From NCBI GenBank assembly GCA_051880875.1, contig JBJEOU010000024.1, positions 1 through 56,660 on the forward strand: 56,660 nt of DNA. Direction: 5' to 3'. Each line of letters starts with the position of its first letter. Position 1 is the stretch's first letter. Below, one piece after another: positions 31,782 to 41,477 of this stretch. Source of the DNA: Ruminococcus sp. (GTDB taxonomy: Bacteria > Bacillota > Clostridia > Oscillospirales > Acutalibacteraceae). Below the pieces are notes generated by a model that made no database searches, was not told the DNA's origin, and worked only from the letters and a program-made list of their open reading frames with translations. The position numbers and the translations under genes are program-made.

Positions 31782-32309
31782 ATGACCATAACACGCATAA
31801 ACGACAAAACCATAATGCTGGAGCTTTTAACGGAAGAAGTTCCTGACGGAAGCGAAGAGGACCTGTTGTACCACATTTTAAGCATAGCAGTTTCGGCAGA
31901 ACACCTTAACGCCGAAAACTGCGCCTTTCTCCTTGAAGGAGTTGAATCAAAAAAGGGTTTCGTATTCCTGATTACCATCAAAAACGGCAGAAGAAGATTC
32001 AAAATCAAGAAAAACCTTACCTCCGCCATTTATATATTTGAAAATTTAGAGGATTTACTGTCCTGTATCTGCGCCCTGTACAAAGGGTCTGTAACCTCAC
32101 AAAGTAGCAGTACATATCTTATGAATGATAAATATTATCTGTCATTTTCCCATACCTGTCTGCCGAAGAAGGCAAAGGTTTTGATGTCGGAATACGGAAA
32201 AAAATGTGAAAATCCCACAGTTGTGCAAAGTGTTCTTTCGGAGCACGGACACCTGTTAACACAGGGTAATTCCATATCCCTTATAGGAGAAAGCTTTAGG
32301 AAACACTAA
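31782..32309 (+). CDS. MecA-like ClpC adaptor protein
   Basis: MTITRINDKTI N-terminus; YIFENLEDL, MSEYG, LSEHG resemble the MecA C-domain. Confidence 0.65.
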   Translation: MTITRINDKTIMLELLTEEVPDGSEEDLLYHILSIAVSAEHLNAENCAFLLEGVESKKGFVFLITIKNGRRRFKIKKNLTSAIYIFENLEDLLSCICALYKGSVTSQSSSTYLMNDKYYLSFSHTCLPKKAKVLMSEYGKKCENPTVVQSVLSEHGHLLTQGNSISLIGESFRKH

Positions 32310-32314
32310 TTAAA

Positions 32315-32971
32315 TTATTTGCAAAGATTCTTAAGCTCTTCAATAGCCTTGGCAGAATCCTCAGCCTTAAAAACAGCTGTGCCGGCAACGCAGATGTCAA
32401 CCCCTGCCTCATAAGCCTCTGTGATAGTCTGGGCATTTATACCTCCGTCAACCTCGATGAGCAAATCGGGGTTGACTTTTTCTGCCTCTTTGCGGATTTC
32501 CCCTACTCTCGGGAGCATATCCGCCATAAATGCCTGTCCTCCAAAGCCCGGCTCAACAGTCATAACAAGCACCATATACAAATCCTTAAGGTAAGGGAAA
32601 ATCTCCTTTGCCTCTGTGCATTTTTTTATTACAATGCCGGGCTTTACTCCCCTTGACTTGATTTTGTCAATGGTCTTTTGAATGTCGCTGTCACTTTCAT
32701 AGTGAAAGGTGATAATATCAGCACCTGCGTCGGCAAAGTCGTCAATATATTTAAGTGGGTCGGAAATCATCAGATGAACATCAAAGGGTTTATCGGTATA
32801 TTTTCTCACAGCCTTAATCACAGGTGCGCCAAAGGTCAGGTTTGGCACAAAGTGACCGTCCATAACATCAAGGTGCATATAGTCGGCACCTGCCTTGTCC
32901 ATTCTTTCAATCTCCTGTCCCATTATGGAAAAATCACAGGATAAAAGTGAGGGTGCTATTTTCATTGTCAT
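32315..32971 (-). CDS. rpe: Ribulose-phosphate 3-epimerase
   Basis: IAPSLL, HLDVMDGHFVPN, MTVEPGFGGQ, EVDGGI. Confidence 0.97.
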   Translation of the reverse strand: MTMKIAPSLLSCDFSIMGQEIERMDKAGADYMHLDVMDGHFVPNLTFGAPVIKAVRKYTDKPFDVHLMISDPLKYIDDFADAGADIITFHYESDSDIQKTIDKIKSRGVKPGIVIKKCTEAKEIFPYLKDLYMVLVMTVEPGFGGQAFMADMLPRVGEIRKEAEKVNPDLLIEVDGGINAQTITEAYEAGVDICVAGTAVFKAEDSAKAIEELKNLCK

Positions 32972-32977
32972 ATCCTC

Positions 32978-35650
32978 CTAAGGTCGCTTAATTGATGGGG
33001 CTATCATTGTTGCAAGGCCCCAAAATACAGTATATAAAAGCATCTCAATAGTGCCGAGAATCTGTGTGCCGGCATACAGGGTGATTGTAGCCATAACAAG
33101 AATACCCAGCACAATTCCGATTAGCTGAATAATTACAGACAGACTAATGTTCGCCTTGAGCTGAACACATCCCGAAAGCGCCCTTGCAAGCTGGGTAAAT
33201 CTTCCCCTTGTGGCAAGGTAAGCACGGGATTTTTCGGTATGTACATCAGCGGTTTCCTTGCAGACATTTCCCAGTCCTGTGGGCAGAACCTTTACACTGC
33301 GGTAAAATACGCCGAAATCCTCGGAAATCTGCTCTGATGTAATGTTGCAGTCGCTGGTACTTATTAACAGGCTGATACCGTTATATTCCGCCCTTTGAAG
33401 TTCGTTGGAAACCTCTATGCTCGGTCTGTAGGTTGTGATAAGCATAGCGGTTAACACTCCCGACAGGGCGACGAATGTGATTTGCTTATGCTGTTTGCGG
33501 TACATTTCCTCGTAATTTTGCTTTGGAACATTAATACCGTACTTTTTCATAAGGTCACGGTTTCCAACAAGAACACGCTCATTATTCACCCAACCAACCA
33601 GTCCAAGCTGATCCTCATACATAACCGATTCCACATCGGGCAAAACCATACGGCTCTCTTGCAAAGCGTCATTAAAGATGTGTGCAAGGGGGCTTTTTAC
33701 TTCTTTCAGAACTGCCGCCGCACCAAGGCAGGATTCGTCAAGCTTCCTTTCGTCAAATGCCTGAATATTGTTGAGAATCACAGAACCCTCGGGGTACAGC
33801 TCGCTGGCGTCAACCATAATTGCAGAGGTGTCGCAGAACTGCTTGACACCCTGAAAACCGCACAGCATTGCGCCCTTTCTCAGCAGTTTTTTGCAAAGGG
33901 AACGCATTGGAACATTGACAGCAAGCAAAGCACAAACAGGTATGCTTACCGCTGTAATCAGGGAAAGCACCGAAAAGGCACCCACCACGTCCTTTGCAAT
34001 AATGCCGTAAAGCAAGGCAACTACAAAAGCACATACCGTTGTAAATGGTGCGATTTTTCCTGCAATCTCCTCCGACATATCAGGGGCATAGGAAAGCTGA
34101 AGATAATTGGTGAGAAAGTCTGTTTTGTGCTGATAAGCGATTATTGGCTTTTCAACCACAGTACCGCTCATCATCTTAGAGGCTATATTTTCATCAGTAT
34201 AAATTTTTGCGGAATAGCACTTCTTCTTGGATGCAAGAAATTCAAAATTCTTCTTAACCCTGTCCACCATAACCAGCTTGCCAAGGGTGTTGCAAAGAAG
34301 TCCCACAAGGACAATTACTGTGTAGTAGCTGTATTCTCCGCCAAAGTAATCCTTGCTTGCAAAAAGACCGACAATCCCGGCAACTAATGCTCCGGCAAGG
34401 GCAACCGCCACAGCGGTGTCGGAGTTACCCTTGAATTTTCTGAGGACAACAAGTCCGTTTCGCACCGCAACCCTTGAAACCAGCACCGCCGCAACAATAA
34501 CCAAAAGGTTGAGAACCCCCAGTATAACCGGGGCGGCATAACTGCTACCCAAGGAGGAGGGCAGTACCCTGTGGAGAATCGCCATAACAAGGCTGAATGC
34601 TGTAAGCACCCCCAAAGCAAGGCTTTGAAAACGGAGCTTTCGCATATTTTCGCCTATTTCATCAGAAACGCTCTCTATGTCGTCACGGCTGTCGTAGTCG
34701 TCAACTGTGACAACCTTCTCCGCAGTTGTTCTGTTGCCCAGCTTGTCATCGTCGGGATTTGCCGACAAAAATTCCATAAGGGTGTTGAAAAATCCCGGCT
34801 TTACTTTCTTTATTTTTTCTGTGACCACCGTTTCTGTAGGCTTGTATGTAGCGGAGATTTCCGGATTTTTACTCTTCAGGTATTCCTCATACTCCTGCCT
34901 TACAACAACGGAAAATTTTCCCACATTTACATTGAGGGTTTCCATATTGCTGTTTGGGGTGTACACAGGCACCTTGGAGGCCTGGGTAGTTCCCGGCGGA
35001 ACAGGCTTTTGCTTGCCAAACAGCCTTTCGTATTCAAACTGGTCAATCTCCTCTTCCTCCTCATGCTTTGGCAGAGGGGGGAGATTTTCCCTCTTAATCA
35101 GCTCCTCAAGGCTCTCCTGCTTGAACTTTTCCTCGTCAAAGTTTTCGTCGGCAAGGGCAAAGTCCACCTCGGTATCCTTTGGCTCAACATCGGGAATATC
35201 TATGTCAATGGTGTCGATGTCCTGTATTTCTATAGGCTTTATGTCAAACTGAGGCACATTGTCTATGATGTCCTCTGCCACCTGTGCCCCCTCTGGGACT
35301 TCGGTTTTGAACTGAACATCCTCCTCAACAGGAACAGGTGCGCTGAAAATCTCTGTGCTGTATTCCGGAAGCTCCTCTTCACGGGACACCTTGCCGTTGT
35401 CGTCACCCTGACGCTCCATCATAACCTCGGCATTCATTGTGGTACCTGTTTTTTCACCTACAATAAGGTTGTCCTCCTCCACATCAATAGGGGCAACCCT
35501 GTACAGCATTTCGCTGATTTTTTCACCGCCAAAGTCATCCTCGGTTGCATTGCTATCTGCAACGGTGATGTTCTCCTCATTTTCTGAGGGGGCATCCTTT
35601 TTTCCGATGTTTTTTATTTTTTGTAGGAAGTCAGATTTATTAAATTCCAT
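32978..35650 (-). CDS. Degenerate P1B-type ATPase-like membrane protein with a long acidic N-terminus
   Basis: Multiple TM helices; SIPVCALL (CPCAL position), MVDASELYPEG (DKTGTLTEG position), KSPLA (EHPLA), VLVGNRDLM, STSDCN (TGDN); no GDGxND. Confidence 0.75.
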   Translation of the reverse strand: MEFNKSDFLQKIKNIGKKDAPSENEENITVADSNATEDDFGGEKISEMLYRVAPIDVEEDNLIVGEKTGTTMNAEVMMERQGDDNGKVSREEELPEYSTEIFSAPVPVEEDVQFKTEVPEGAQVAEDIIDNVPQFDIKPIEIQDIDTIDIDIPDVEPKDTEVDFALADENFDEEKFKQESLEELIKRENLPPLPKHEEEEEIDQFEYERLFGKQKPVPPGTTQASKVPVYTPNSNMETLNVNVGKFSVVVRQEYEEYLKSKNPEISATYKPTETVVTEKIKKVKPGFFNTLMEFLSANPDDDKLGNRTTAEKVVTVDDYDSRDDIESVSDEIGENMRKLRFQSLALGVLTAFSLVMAILHRVLPSSLGSSYAAPVILGVLNLLVIVAAVLVSRVAVRNGLVVLRKFKGNSDTAVAVALAGALVAGIVGLFASKDYFGGEYSYYTVIVLVGLLCNTLGKLVMVDRVKKNFEFLASKKKCYSAKIYTDENIASKMMSGTVVEKPIIAYQHKTDFLTNYLQLSYAPDMSEEIAGKIAPFTTVCAFVVALLYGIIAKDVVGAFSVLSLITAVSIPVCALLAVNVPMRSLCKKLLRKGAMLCGFQGVKQFCDTSAIMVDASELYPEGSVILNNIQAFDERKLDESCLGAAAVLKEVKSPLAHIFNDALQESRMVLPDVESVMYEDQLGLVGWVNNERVLVGNRDLMKKYGINVPKQNYEEMYRKQHKQITFVALSGVLTAMLITTYRPSIEVSNELQRAEYNGISLLISTSDCNITSEQISEDFGVFYRSVKVLPTGLGNVCKETADVHTEKSRAYLATRGRFTQLARALSGCVQLKANISLSVIIQLIGIVLGILVMATITLYAGTQILGTIEMLLYTVFWGLATMIAPSIKRP

Positions 35651-35665
35651 CTTCTTTACTCCTGA

Positions 35666-36424
35666 TTATCTGTCATTTGCTATTTCATACATCAAAATTC
35701 CTGCCGCAACAGAGGCATTAAGGGAATTGATTTTGCCCTTCATTGGCAGGGAAACAATTACATCACATTCCTTGGCTACAAGGGGACTGATCCCCTTGCC
35801 CTCGTTACCTATAACAAGGGCAACAGCACCGTCAAACTTAACCTGCTTGTAGTTTTCCCCGTTCATATCGGCACCGTAAACCCATATGCCCTGCTCCTTC
35901 AGCTTTTGGAGGGTGGCGGTAATGTTCTTTACCCTTGCAACAGGCATATATTCCAGTGCTCCGGCGGAGGTTTTTTCCACAGTATAGGAAAGTCCCGCAC
36001 TTCGCCTTTCGGGTATAATTACACCGTGAGCTCCGGCACACTCGGCACTGCGGATAATTGCACCAAGGTTGTGTGGGTCCTCAATTCTGTCCAGAACTAT
36101 GACAAATGGGCTTTCTCCCCTGTCCCTTGCATTCTGTAGAATATCCTCAACTGTGCTGTATTCCTTCACGGCACACTGGGCGATAATCCCCTGATGGCTC
36201 ACACCCTTTGCAAGGAAATCCAGCTTTTTGGGGTCAACCTCCTTTACAGGAATATCCCTTTGCTTTGCCTTTGCAACAATGGCAACCACAGAGCCGTTTC
36301 GCTCACCCCTGGCAACAAGGACTGCTTCAATGCTTCTGCCGCTTCGTATCGCCTCCATAACAGGGTTACGACCGGCAATTATATCGTTTCTCTCCCTTTG
36401 GGTTTCGGAATTAAAATCTTTCAT
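35666..36424 (-). CDS. rlmB: 23S rRNA Gm2251 methyltransferase (TrmH/SpoU family)
   Basis: GRNPVMEA, HQGI, DPHNLGAIIRSA, GNEGKG, SLNASVA. Confidence 0.94.
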   Translation of the reverse strand: MKDFNSETQRERNDIIAGRNPVMEAIRSGRSIEAVLVARGERNGSVVAIVAKAKQRDIPVKEVDPKKLDFLAKGVSHQGIIAQCAVKEYSTVEDILQNARDRGESPFVIVLDRIEDPHNLGAIIRSAECAGAHGVIIPERRSAGLSYTVEKTSAGALEYMPVARVKNITATLQKLKEQGIWVYGADMNGENYKQVKFDGAVALVIGNEGKGISPLVAKECDVIVSLPMKGKINSLNASVAAGILMYEIANDR

Positions 36425-36538
36425 AAAAAAATCCTTTTGCATAAACTTATATAATTGATATAAGTATATCACAAAAGGAATTTTATTAAAAGTATTACTG
36501 ATAAAAAATATTATTTTTTGGGGTTATCCTTAACTATT

Positions 36539-37114
36539 CTATAAATTGTTCAGCACCGCCGCACCTTCGTCGGCATAATCCGGCAAAATTCCGTAAAATC
36601 CTGTGGTTTCATCTCTGAAAAGCTCAATATGAGGAGGAAATACGGAAAAGGAAAAGTAACCCACAAGGAACAAACCCAGCAAAAATAAAGATGGAACAAA
36701 GTAGGGCTTTAAGTCCTTATCCCCCACAACCAGCTTGTAGGACATTATCTGGGAGAAAAGCACACCTAAAAATCCAATGGTCACATCAATCCACACAACG
36801 CTTTTGCCTAAAATCAAAGCGAACAGGTAGTGAAACAGGATTATGAATGCACCCATAAAGTAAAGAGAAATCACCTTGCCCACCACAAATGGCTTGAAGT
36901 ACACATTGGAAACCAACAGCTCAATCAATGCCCAGATGGCATAGGCAATGAGAAAAATCTTTGTATTCTCCCACACAGACTCGTTTATTGCCCCGAATAG
37001 TATGGAAAACACACTTCCGTCTGTTAAATCATAAATGAAGTGGAGTAGAGTTGCAAGACCAAAGACCAGAAAGACCCCCACTATTTCAAGATTCCGAAAA
37101 TATTTTGTATTCAT
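36539..37114 (-). CDS. Five-TM membrane protein (DUF6512-like)
   Basis: LLHFIYD, NESVWENTK and hydrophobic helices. Confidence 0.72.
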   Translation of the reverse strand: MNTKYFRNLEIVGVFLVFGLATLLHFIYDLTDGSVFSILFGAINESVWENTKIFLIAYAIWALIELLVSNVYFKPFVVGKVISLYFMGAFIILFHYLFALILGKSVVWIDVTIGFLGVLFSQIMSYKLVVGDKDLKPYFVPSLFLLGLFLVGYFSFSVFPPHIELFRDETTGFYGILPDYADEGAAVLNNL

Positions 37115-37204
37115 ATTTACGACCAAAAACTCCTTTCACAGAACCGTATCGAACTGCCGGAAATAATTTTTTACAATAAAGTATATGAATGAAATGGTCA
37201 TAAA

Positions 37205-37471
37205 TTACTGAATCAGGAATATTATTAAAGCAGTGGCACCTCCCCCTGCCAATGTTGCAGACCCAAGACGGACAAACCAGTACCAGATTTTCGACCTTGC
37301 CTTAATGGCTGAGGGTGGCTTCATTCTTTTCAGCATTGCCCTTGCCTCTTTTTCAAGGATATGTCTTTGAGCCCCTGTGTACTCGGGGCGAATTACAAGG
37401 AGTGCCTTTTCGTAATACAAATTATTTGTTTCTGTAACCTCAAGAACCTGTCTGTTAACGCCACGCAGCAT
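37205..37471 (-). CDS. Hypothetical protein with C-terminal TM helix
   Basis: MLRGVNRQVLEV...YEKALL; RBS AGAGGG. Confidence 0.75.
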   Translation of the reverse strand: MLRGVNRQVLEVTETNNLYYEKALLVIRPEYTGAQRHILEKEARAMLKRMKPPSAIKARSKIWYWFVRLGSATLAGGGATALIIFLIQ

Positions 37472-37608
37472 ATAAAAACCCTCTTTCTGCCTATATTTTA
37501 GGCAAAAAAAGGGATAGTATTCAATTAAATAAAAACAAAAATGAAATTTCTTTGTAATAATTTTATATTAGAATTATACTATTTGTAAAATTCCTTTTTA
37601 TCATCATT

Positions 37609-37732
37609 TATGTGGAAAACTATGTGAAAAGTTATGAAAACTATTTGATTTCAATTAGATTTCTCCTAAATTTAAAAATTTTTCTACATAAAAGTTTTCA
37701 ACATTAACACTTTCCATATAGTTTTCAACATA
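37609..37732. promoter_or_regulatory. Cluster of DnaA-box-like 9-mers in an AT-rich gap
   Basis: TGTGGAAAA (37611), TGTGAAAAG (37623), TTTTCTACA (37680), TTTTCAACA (37695, 37722), CTTTCCATA (37710). Confidence 0.6.
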
Positions 37733-37874
37733 AAAATATTACAATTAGTAATATTTATCCTGTCAATGCAATTACAGAATTATCAGAAAAAAACTTATAA
37801 TTTTACATATATCACAAAAACACTTGCACCTTCACCGTTACATCTTGTATATAAAACAGAAATGACATAAAACA

Positions 37875-37897
37875 AAAACCGCAACAGGTGCGGTTTT
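37875..37897 (-). terminator. spoVAD terminator
   Basis: AAAACCGCA-ACAGG-TGCGGTTTT. Confidence 0.75.
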
Positions 37898-37908
37898 CTG
37901 ACTAGTAT

Positions 37909-38925
37909 TTATTTCTCCTGAATTTTTAGATGAACAAGGTGGGCGACTGAGGGAATACTCTCACCCTGCTGATTTGAGGTTGGGCTCATTAACGCTCCCG
38001 TAGCCACAAACAGTACATTCTTAAGACTTCCCTTAGTCATATCCCCCAGAATCTTACTGCAAAGCACAGAGGCTCCGCATCCGCAACCCGAACCTCCTGC
38101 ATGAACATCCTGCTTTTTCCTGTTGAAAATCATCAGTCCGCAGTCGTGGTGAACACCCTCAATCTCCACACCCTCGTCAAACAAAAGCTGGTGAAGAATG
38201 TCCGTGCCCACCTGACCAAGGTCCCCTGTGTAGATTCTGTCGTAGTCAGTTGGGGATGTGCCTGTGTCCTTAAGGTATGTCATTATTGTGTCGGCGGCGG
38301 CAGGTGCCATAGCAGCACCCATATTATTCAGGTCTGTCACCCCCAAATCAACGATTTTCCCCACCGTTGCGTGACAAACCTCAATTCCTTTGCCACTCTC
38401 ACTTACAATAACCGACCCCGAGGCGGTGACTGTCCACTGTGCCGTCTGGGGTCTTATTCCTCCGTACTCCAAGGGATAGCGGTACTGCCTTTCTGCTGTG
38501 CAAAAGTGGGACGAGGTGACAACTCCGGCTTCCCTTGCTCCGCCACCGGCAACAGTCATACTTGCCATAATCAAGCCCTGTGCCATAGTGGAACAGGCGC
38601 CGTACTGACCCAGATAGGGAATAGAAAAATCCCTCATTGAGTAGCTGGAGCTGATAATCTGATTAAGCAAATCCCCGGCAAAGATAAAGTCCAAATCCTC
38701 CGGCTTTTTTCCGCTCATAGCCATTGCCTGAATAAATGCCTCCTGCTGAAATTTCGCCTCTGCCTTTTCCCATGTGTCCTGTCCTGCACGGGAATCGTAG
38801 ATTATCTTTCCAAAGCATTTTCCCAAGGGTCCCTCCGCCTCTTTTTTTCCGGCAACTGAGCCGTACCCCGTAATTACAGGCGGTTCAGAAAATTTTAGTG
38901 TATAGGAACCAACTCTTTTTATCAT
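37909..38925 (-). CDS. spoVAD: Stage V sporulation protein AD
   Basis: GKKEAEGPL, AGDLLNQ, GACST, TAERQYRYPLEYG, GGSGCGC, ATGALMS. Confidence 0.95.
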   Translation of the reverse strand: MIKRVGSYTLKFSEPPVITGYGSVAGKKEAEGPLGKCFGKIIYDSRAGQDTWEKAEAKFQQEAFIQAMAMSGKKPEDLDFIFAGDLLNQIISSSYSMRDFSIPYLGQYGACSTMAQGLIMASMTVAGGGAREAGVVTSSHFCTAERQYRYPLEYGGIRPQTAQWTVTASGSVIVSESGKGIEVCHATVGKIVDLGVTDLNNMGAAMAPAAADTIMTYLKDTGTSPTDYDRIYTGDLGQVGTDILHQLLFDEGVEIEGVHHDCGLMIFNRKKQDVHAGGSGCGCGASVLCSKILGDMTKGSLKNVLFVATGALMSPTSNQQGESIPSVAHLVHLKIQEK

Positions 38926-38946
38926 AAAACAAAACCCCTTTGCACT

Positions 38947-38975
38947 TATTATGTGCAAAGAGGCTGTCTTTATGA
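38947..38975 (-). promoter_or_regulatory. Candidate sporulation-sigma promoter for spoVAD
   Basis: Minus strand TCATA-17 bp-CATAATA. Confidence 0.5.
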
Positions 38976-38981
38976 AAAAAT

Positions 38982-39003
38982 AGAGGGCGGAAAACCGCCC
39001 TCT
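38982..39003 (-). terminator. Terminator of the Sas6-like gene
   Basis: AGAGGGCGG-AAAA-CCGCCCTCT, followed on the minus strand by ATTTTTT. Confidence 0.8.
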
Positions 39004-39019
39004 TAATGATTTATTAACT

Positions 39020-41206
39020 TTATCCCAGAAGATATTTCTGAATTGCTGTTGCATCCTTGATGTTTACCCGTCCGTCTTTGTCCATATCGGCACAAAGAAC
39101 TGACTCTTCGTCAAGCACGGTAACGTGGCAAAGGTACTTCTGCACCATTGTTGCGTCCTTAATTGAAATATCTCCGTCGCCGTCAACATCTCCAATCTTA
39201 AGTCCTGCAGATGGATCCTTAACGGAATATTCCCTTGTTTCTGTACAGGTTGCGCCTGAACCGTCAGTTGCAACAACCTTCAGTTCATATGTTCCTGCCT
39301 GGGTTGGAGTCCACTTTGCAGAAGAACCTGAGGAAGTGATTTCCTTGTCGTCAACATAGAACTTGTAGCTTACATCGCCCTTTGAGTTATAATCCTCAGC
39401 AGAGAGGGTAATCTCTGTGTTGATTGCCTGTCCTGAGCTCTTGTCTGCACCGAAGTTAACCTCAAAGGGAGCTTCCTTGACCTCTGTGTCGCTGAGGAGA
39501 GCGCCAACACGTGCAAGAGGAACTGTGATGTTGTCAATATCCTCTTTTTCGTGAGAGGTTGATTCGTCATAGCTGTAAGGAACATTTGCATTGTCAAGAA
39601 CAGATGGGTCGTGTGGCAATGTGTCCATTGCAGATGTGCCGTAGGTAAGAATCTGCATTGCGCCGATACCGTTGGTTTCAATGTAGTCCTTGTCAATTCC
39701 AAGTGTTGAAAGTGGGATGGAAACCTCATAGATAAATCCATAGCTTGACTTGTAGCCTAAATCCATAAAGTCAACCCAGTTGGAGTTAGAGTCTGTGTTG
39801 TCCCCCATTACTCTGGTTCCCTTTGCACCGTTAACACCGATGATAGAGCTGCTCTTGGTACCGTTTGCATACTTAATCCTAAATCCGTTCTGGTTGTCCT
39901 GCTTTTCAAAGGAGGTTACACCGATAGGGATTCTTGTGTCGTAGTTAAACATATATGTTCCGTCGGTATCCTGTGTGTCTGCCTTAAAGATAGAAGCACC
40001 GCCGTTGGAATTGTTGGAGTCCATTGCAATAAGTGTGTCGACATGGGTTGTAAAGCCTGTACCGCCGTCCTTAGCGACACCGCCGTCACAGCCCCAAACA
40101 AATGGATTTGTGTATGTGTTACCTCCCTTATCTACGCCAACAGCCTTTCCTGTTGCCTGTTTTGTCGGGTCAATGGAAAGTGCAAGATACATCGGAATAC
40201 TGTTTCTCCAAGGACGAGCCTCGTTGGATGCGGCAAAGTTGTCGCTTGGGGATACAATGTAGGTTGTGTTTGCCATTTCCCACATAAAGTAAAGGTTGTC
40301 GTCATCCCATGCAGCATAGAGTGCGTAAGCATCCCATGGCTGTTCGTGCATTGAAGAAGGCATATATACTCTTGGGTCGTCATTTGCAACGCCCTGTGCA
40401 ATAATCATTGAGCTGTCCCAATCGTCAACCTGTCCGTCAACAGTGATTGTCTTGTTCTTACCAAGCTGCATATTCGGGTTTGTTCCGTAGTACCCTGCCT
40501 CAGCCTCTGTTGTGTGACCGTCAGACTCGGAGGAGAATGTGGTCTTTGAGGCTGTGAAGGTCTTTTTGAATGTAAAGGTCTGTGTTGTCTTTACTCCGTC
40601 ACTGCCTGTTGCAGTAAGGGTCAGGGTTGTTGTTGAGTTACCGATTTTTCCCTTGCCGATTACAACAGTTTTTCCCTCTGTATAAGAGGTATTAGGAGAA
40701 CCGTCTATTGAATAGTAACCCTTAGTTGCGTTTTTCAGACCCAGCTTAACTGTAATGCTGTCTGTATTAAAGGTTGTGCCGGAGGCTGTATAGCATATTC
40801 CGTATCCGTGGTCGTCAACCAGACCGTAGTCCACCCACTGCAGGTCGGCAGTCAAAAGCTTGCACTGACCTGTTTTCAGAGGAAGGCCTGCATTCTCAGG
40901 ATACTGCTCCTTGCCTTCATCCTTTTCAAGTCCGTTATTAAAGATAATGTTCTCGGAAGAGTATGTACTTGGGAAGGTCATTGTGTACATTCCGCTTTCG
41001 TCCTTGGTCATAAGCTGTCCCGGCCACTCTGCGTTTTCCTTTGTGCCGTAAGCATAGACATAGACATTCTCCCAGTTGTAGGCGGAGTTGTCAAAGTACA
41101 CCTGTGATTCACCGGCGGCAAAAACCGAAACCGAAGATATGCACACAGTTGTAATCACCATTGCCAGCACTACAACAAGGCTTAGCGCTTTTCTATAACA
41201 TTTCAT
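39020..41206 (-). CDS. Secreted non-catalytic starch-binding protein: CBM26, Ig-like, CBM74, Ig-like, dockerin (Sas6-like)
   Basis: Signal peptide; VYFDNS..WENVYVYAY..EWPG..IIFNNG (CBM26); QGVANDDPR..SMHE..YALYAAWDDDNLY (CBM74-like); duplicated GDVDGDGDISIKDAT / ADMDKDGRVNIKDAT (dockerin). Confidence 0.85.
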   Translation of the reverse strand: MKCYRKALSLVVVLAMVITTVCISSVSVFAAGESQVYFDNSAYNWENVYVYAYGTKENAEWPGQLMTKDESGMYTMTFPSTYSSENIIFNNGLEKDEGKEQYPENAGLPLKTGQCKLLTADLQWVDYGLVDDHGYGICYTASGTTFNTDSITVKLGLKNATKGYYSIDGSPNTSYTEGKTVVIGKGKIGNSTTTLTLTATGSDGVKTTQTFTFKKTFTASKTTFSSESDGHTTEAEAGYYGTNPNMQLGKNKTITVDGQVDDWDSSMIIAQGVANDDPRVYMPSSMHEQPWDAYALYAAWDDDNLYFMWEMANTTYIVSPSDNFAASNEARPWRNSIPMYLALSIDPTKQATGKAVGVDKGGNTYTNPFVWGCDGGVAKDGGTGFTTHVDTLIAMDSNNSNGGASIFKADTQDTDGTYMFNYDTRIPIGVTSFEKQDNQNGFRIKYANGTKSSSIIGVNGAKGTRVMGDNTDSNSNWVDFMDLGYKSSYGFIYEVSIPLSTLGIDKDYIETNGIGAMQILTYGTSAMDTLPHDPSVLDNANVPYSYDESTSHEKEDIDNITVPLARVGALLSDTEVKEAPFEVNFGADKSSGQAINTEITLSAEDYNSKGDVSYKFYVDDKEITSSGSSAKWTPTQAGTYELKVVATDGSGATCTETREYSVKDPSAGLKIGDVDGDGDISIKDATMVQKYLCHVTVLDEESVLCADMDKDGRVNIKDATAIQKYLLG

Positions 41207-41434
41207 AAAAATATACCTCCTTGGCATAATCAATATAAAATATTATATCATTCTATATATTTTTTTACAATATAACATATTCTTTTTGTCGCTATGCACA
41301 AAATAAGACTGTGTTTTTTAGGCGATATAACAACTAAAAATCCTGTTTTGTGAATAAAAAAAGAATAATTTATTTATTTTATTTGACCATCGGCATTATC
41401 ATTCCATTGTATAAAAAACAGGGCAAAGATACAA

Positions 41435-41462
41435 AAAAGCACCTCCCCGGGGAAGTGCTTTT
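41435..41462 (-). terminator. Terminator of the VanW-family gene
   Basis: AAAAGCAC-CTCCCCGGGGAA-GTGCTTTT. Confidence 0.7.
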
Positions 41463-41477
41463 GAATAGTTCTGCTTA

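Noticed and set aside
33482-35587. Long plus-strand ORFs (301 and 338 aa)
   Set aside because: Antisense shadows of the 890-aa membrane protein; composition typical of reverse-frame translation
37500-37870. Firm call as oriC
   Set aside because: No dnaA/dnaN nearby and no switch in gene strand bias; kept only as a DnaA-box cluster
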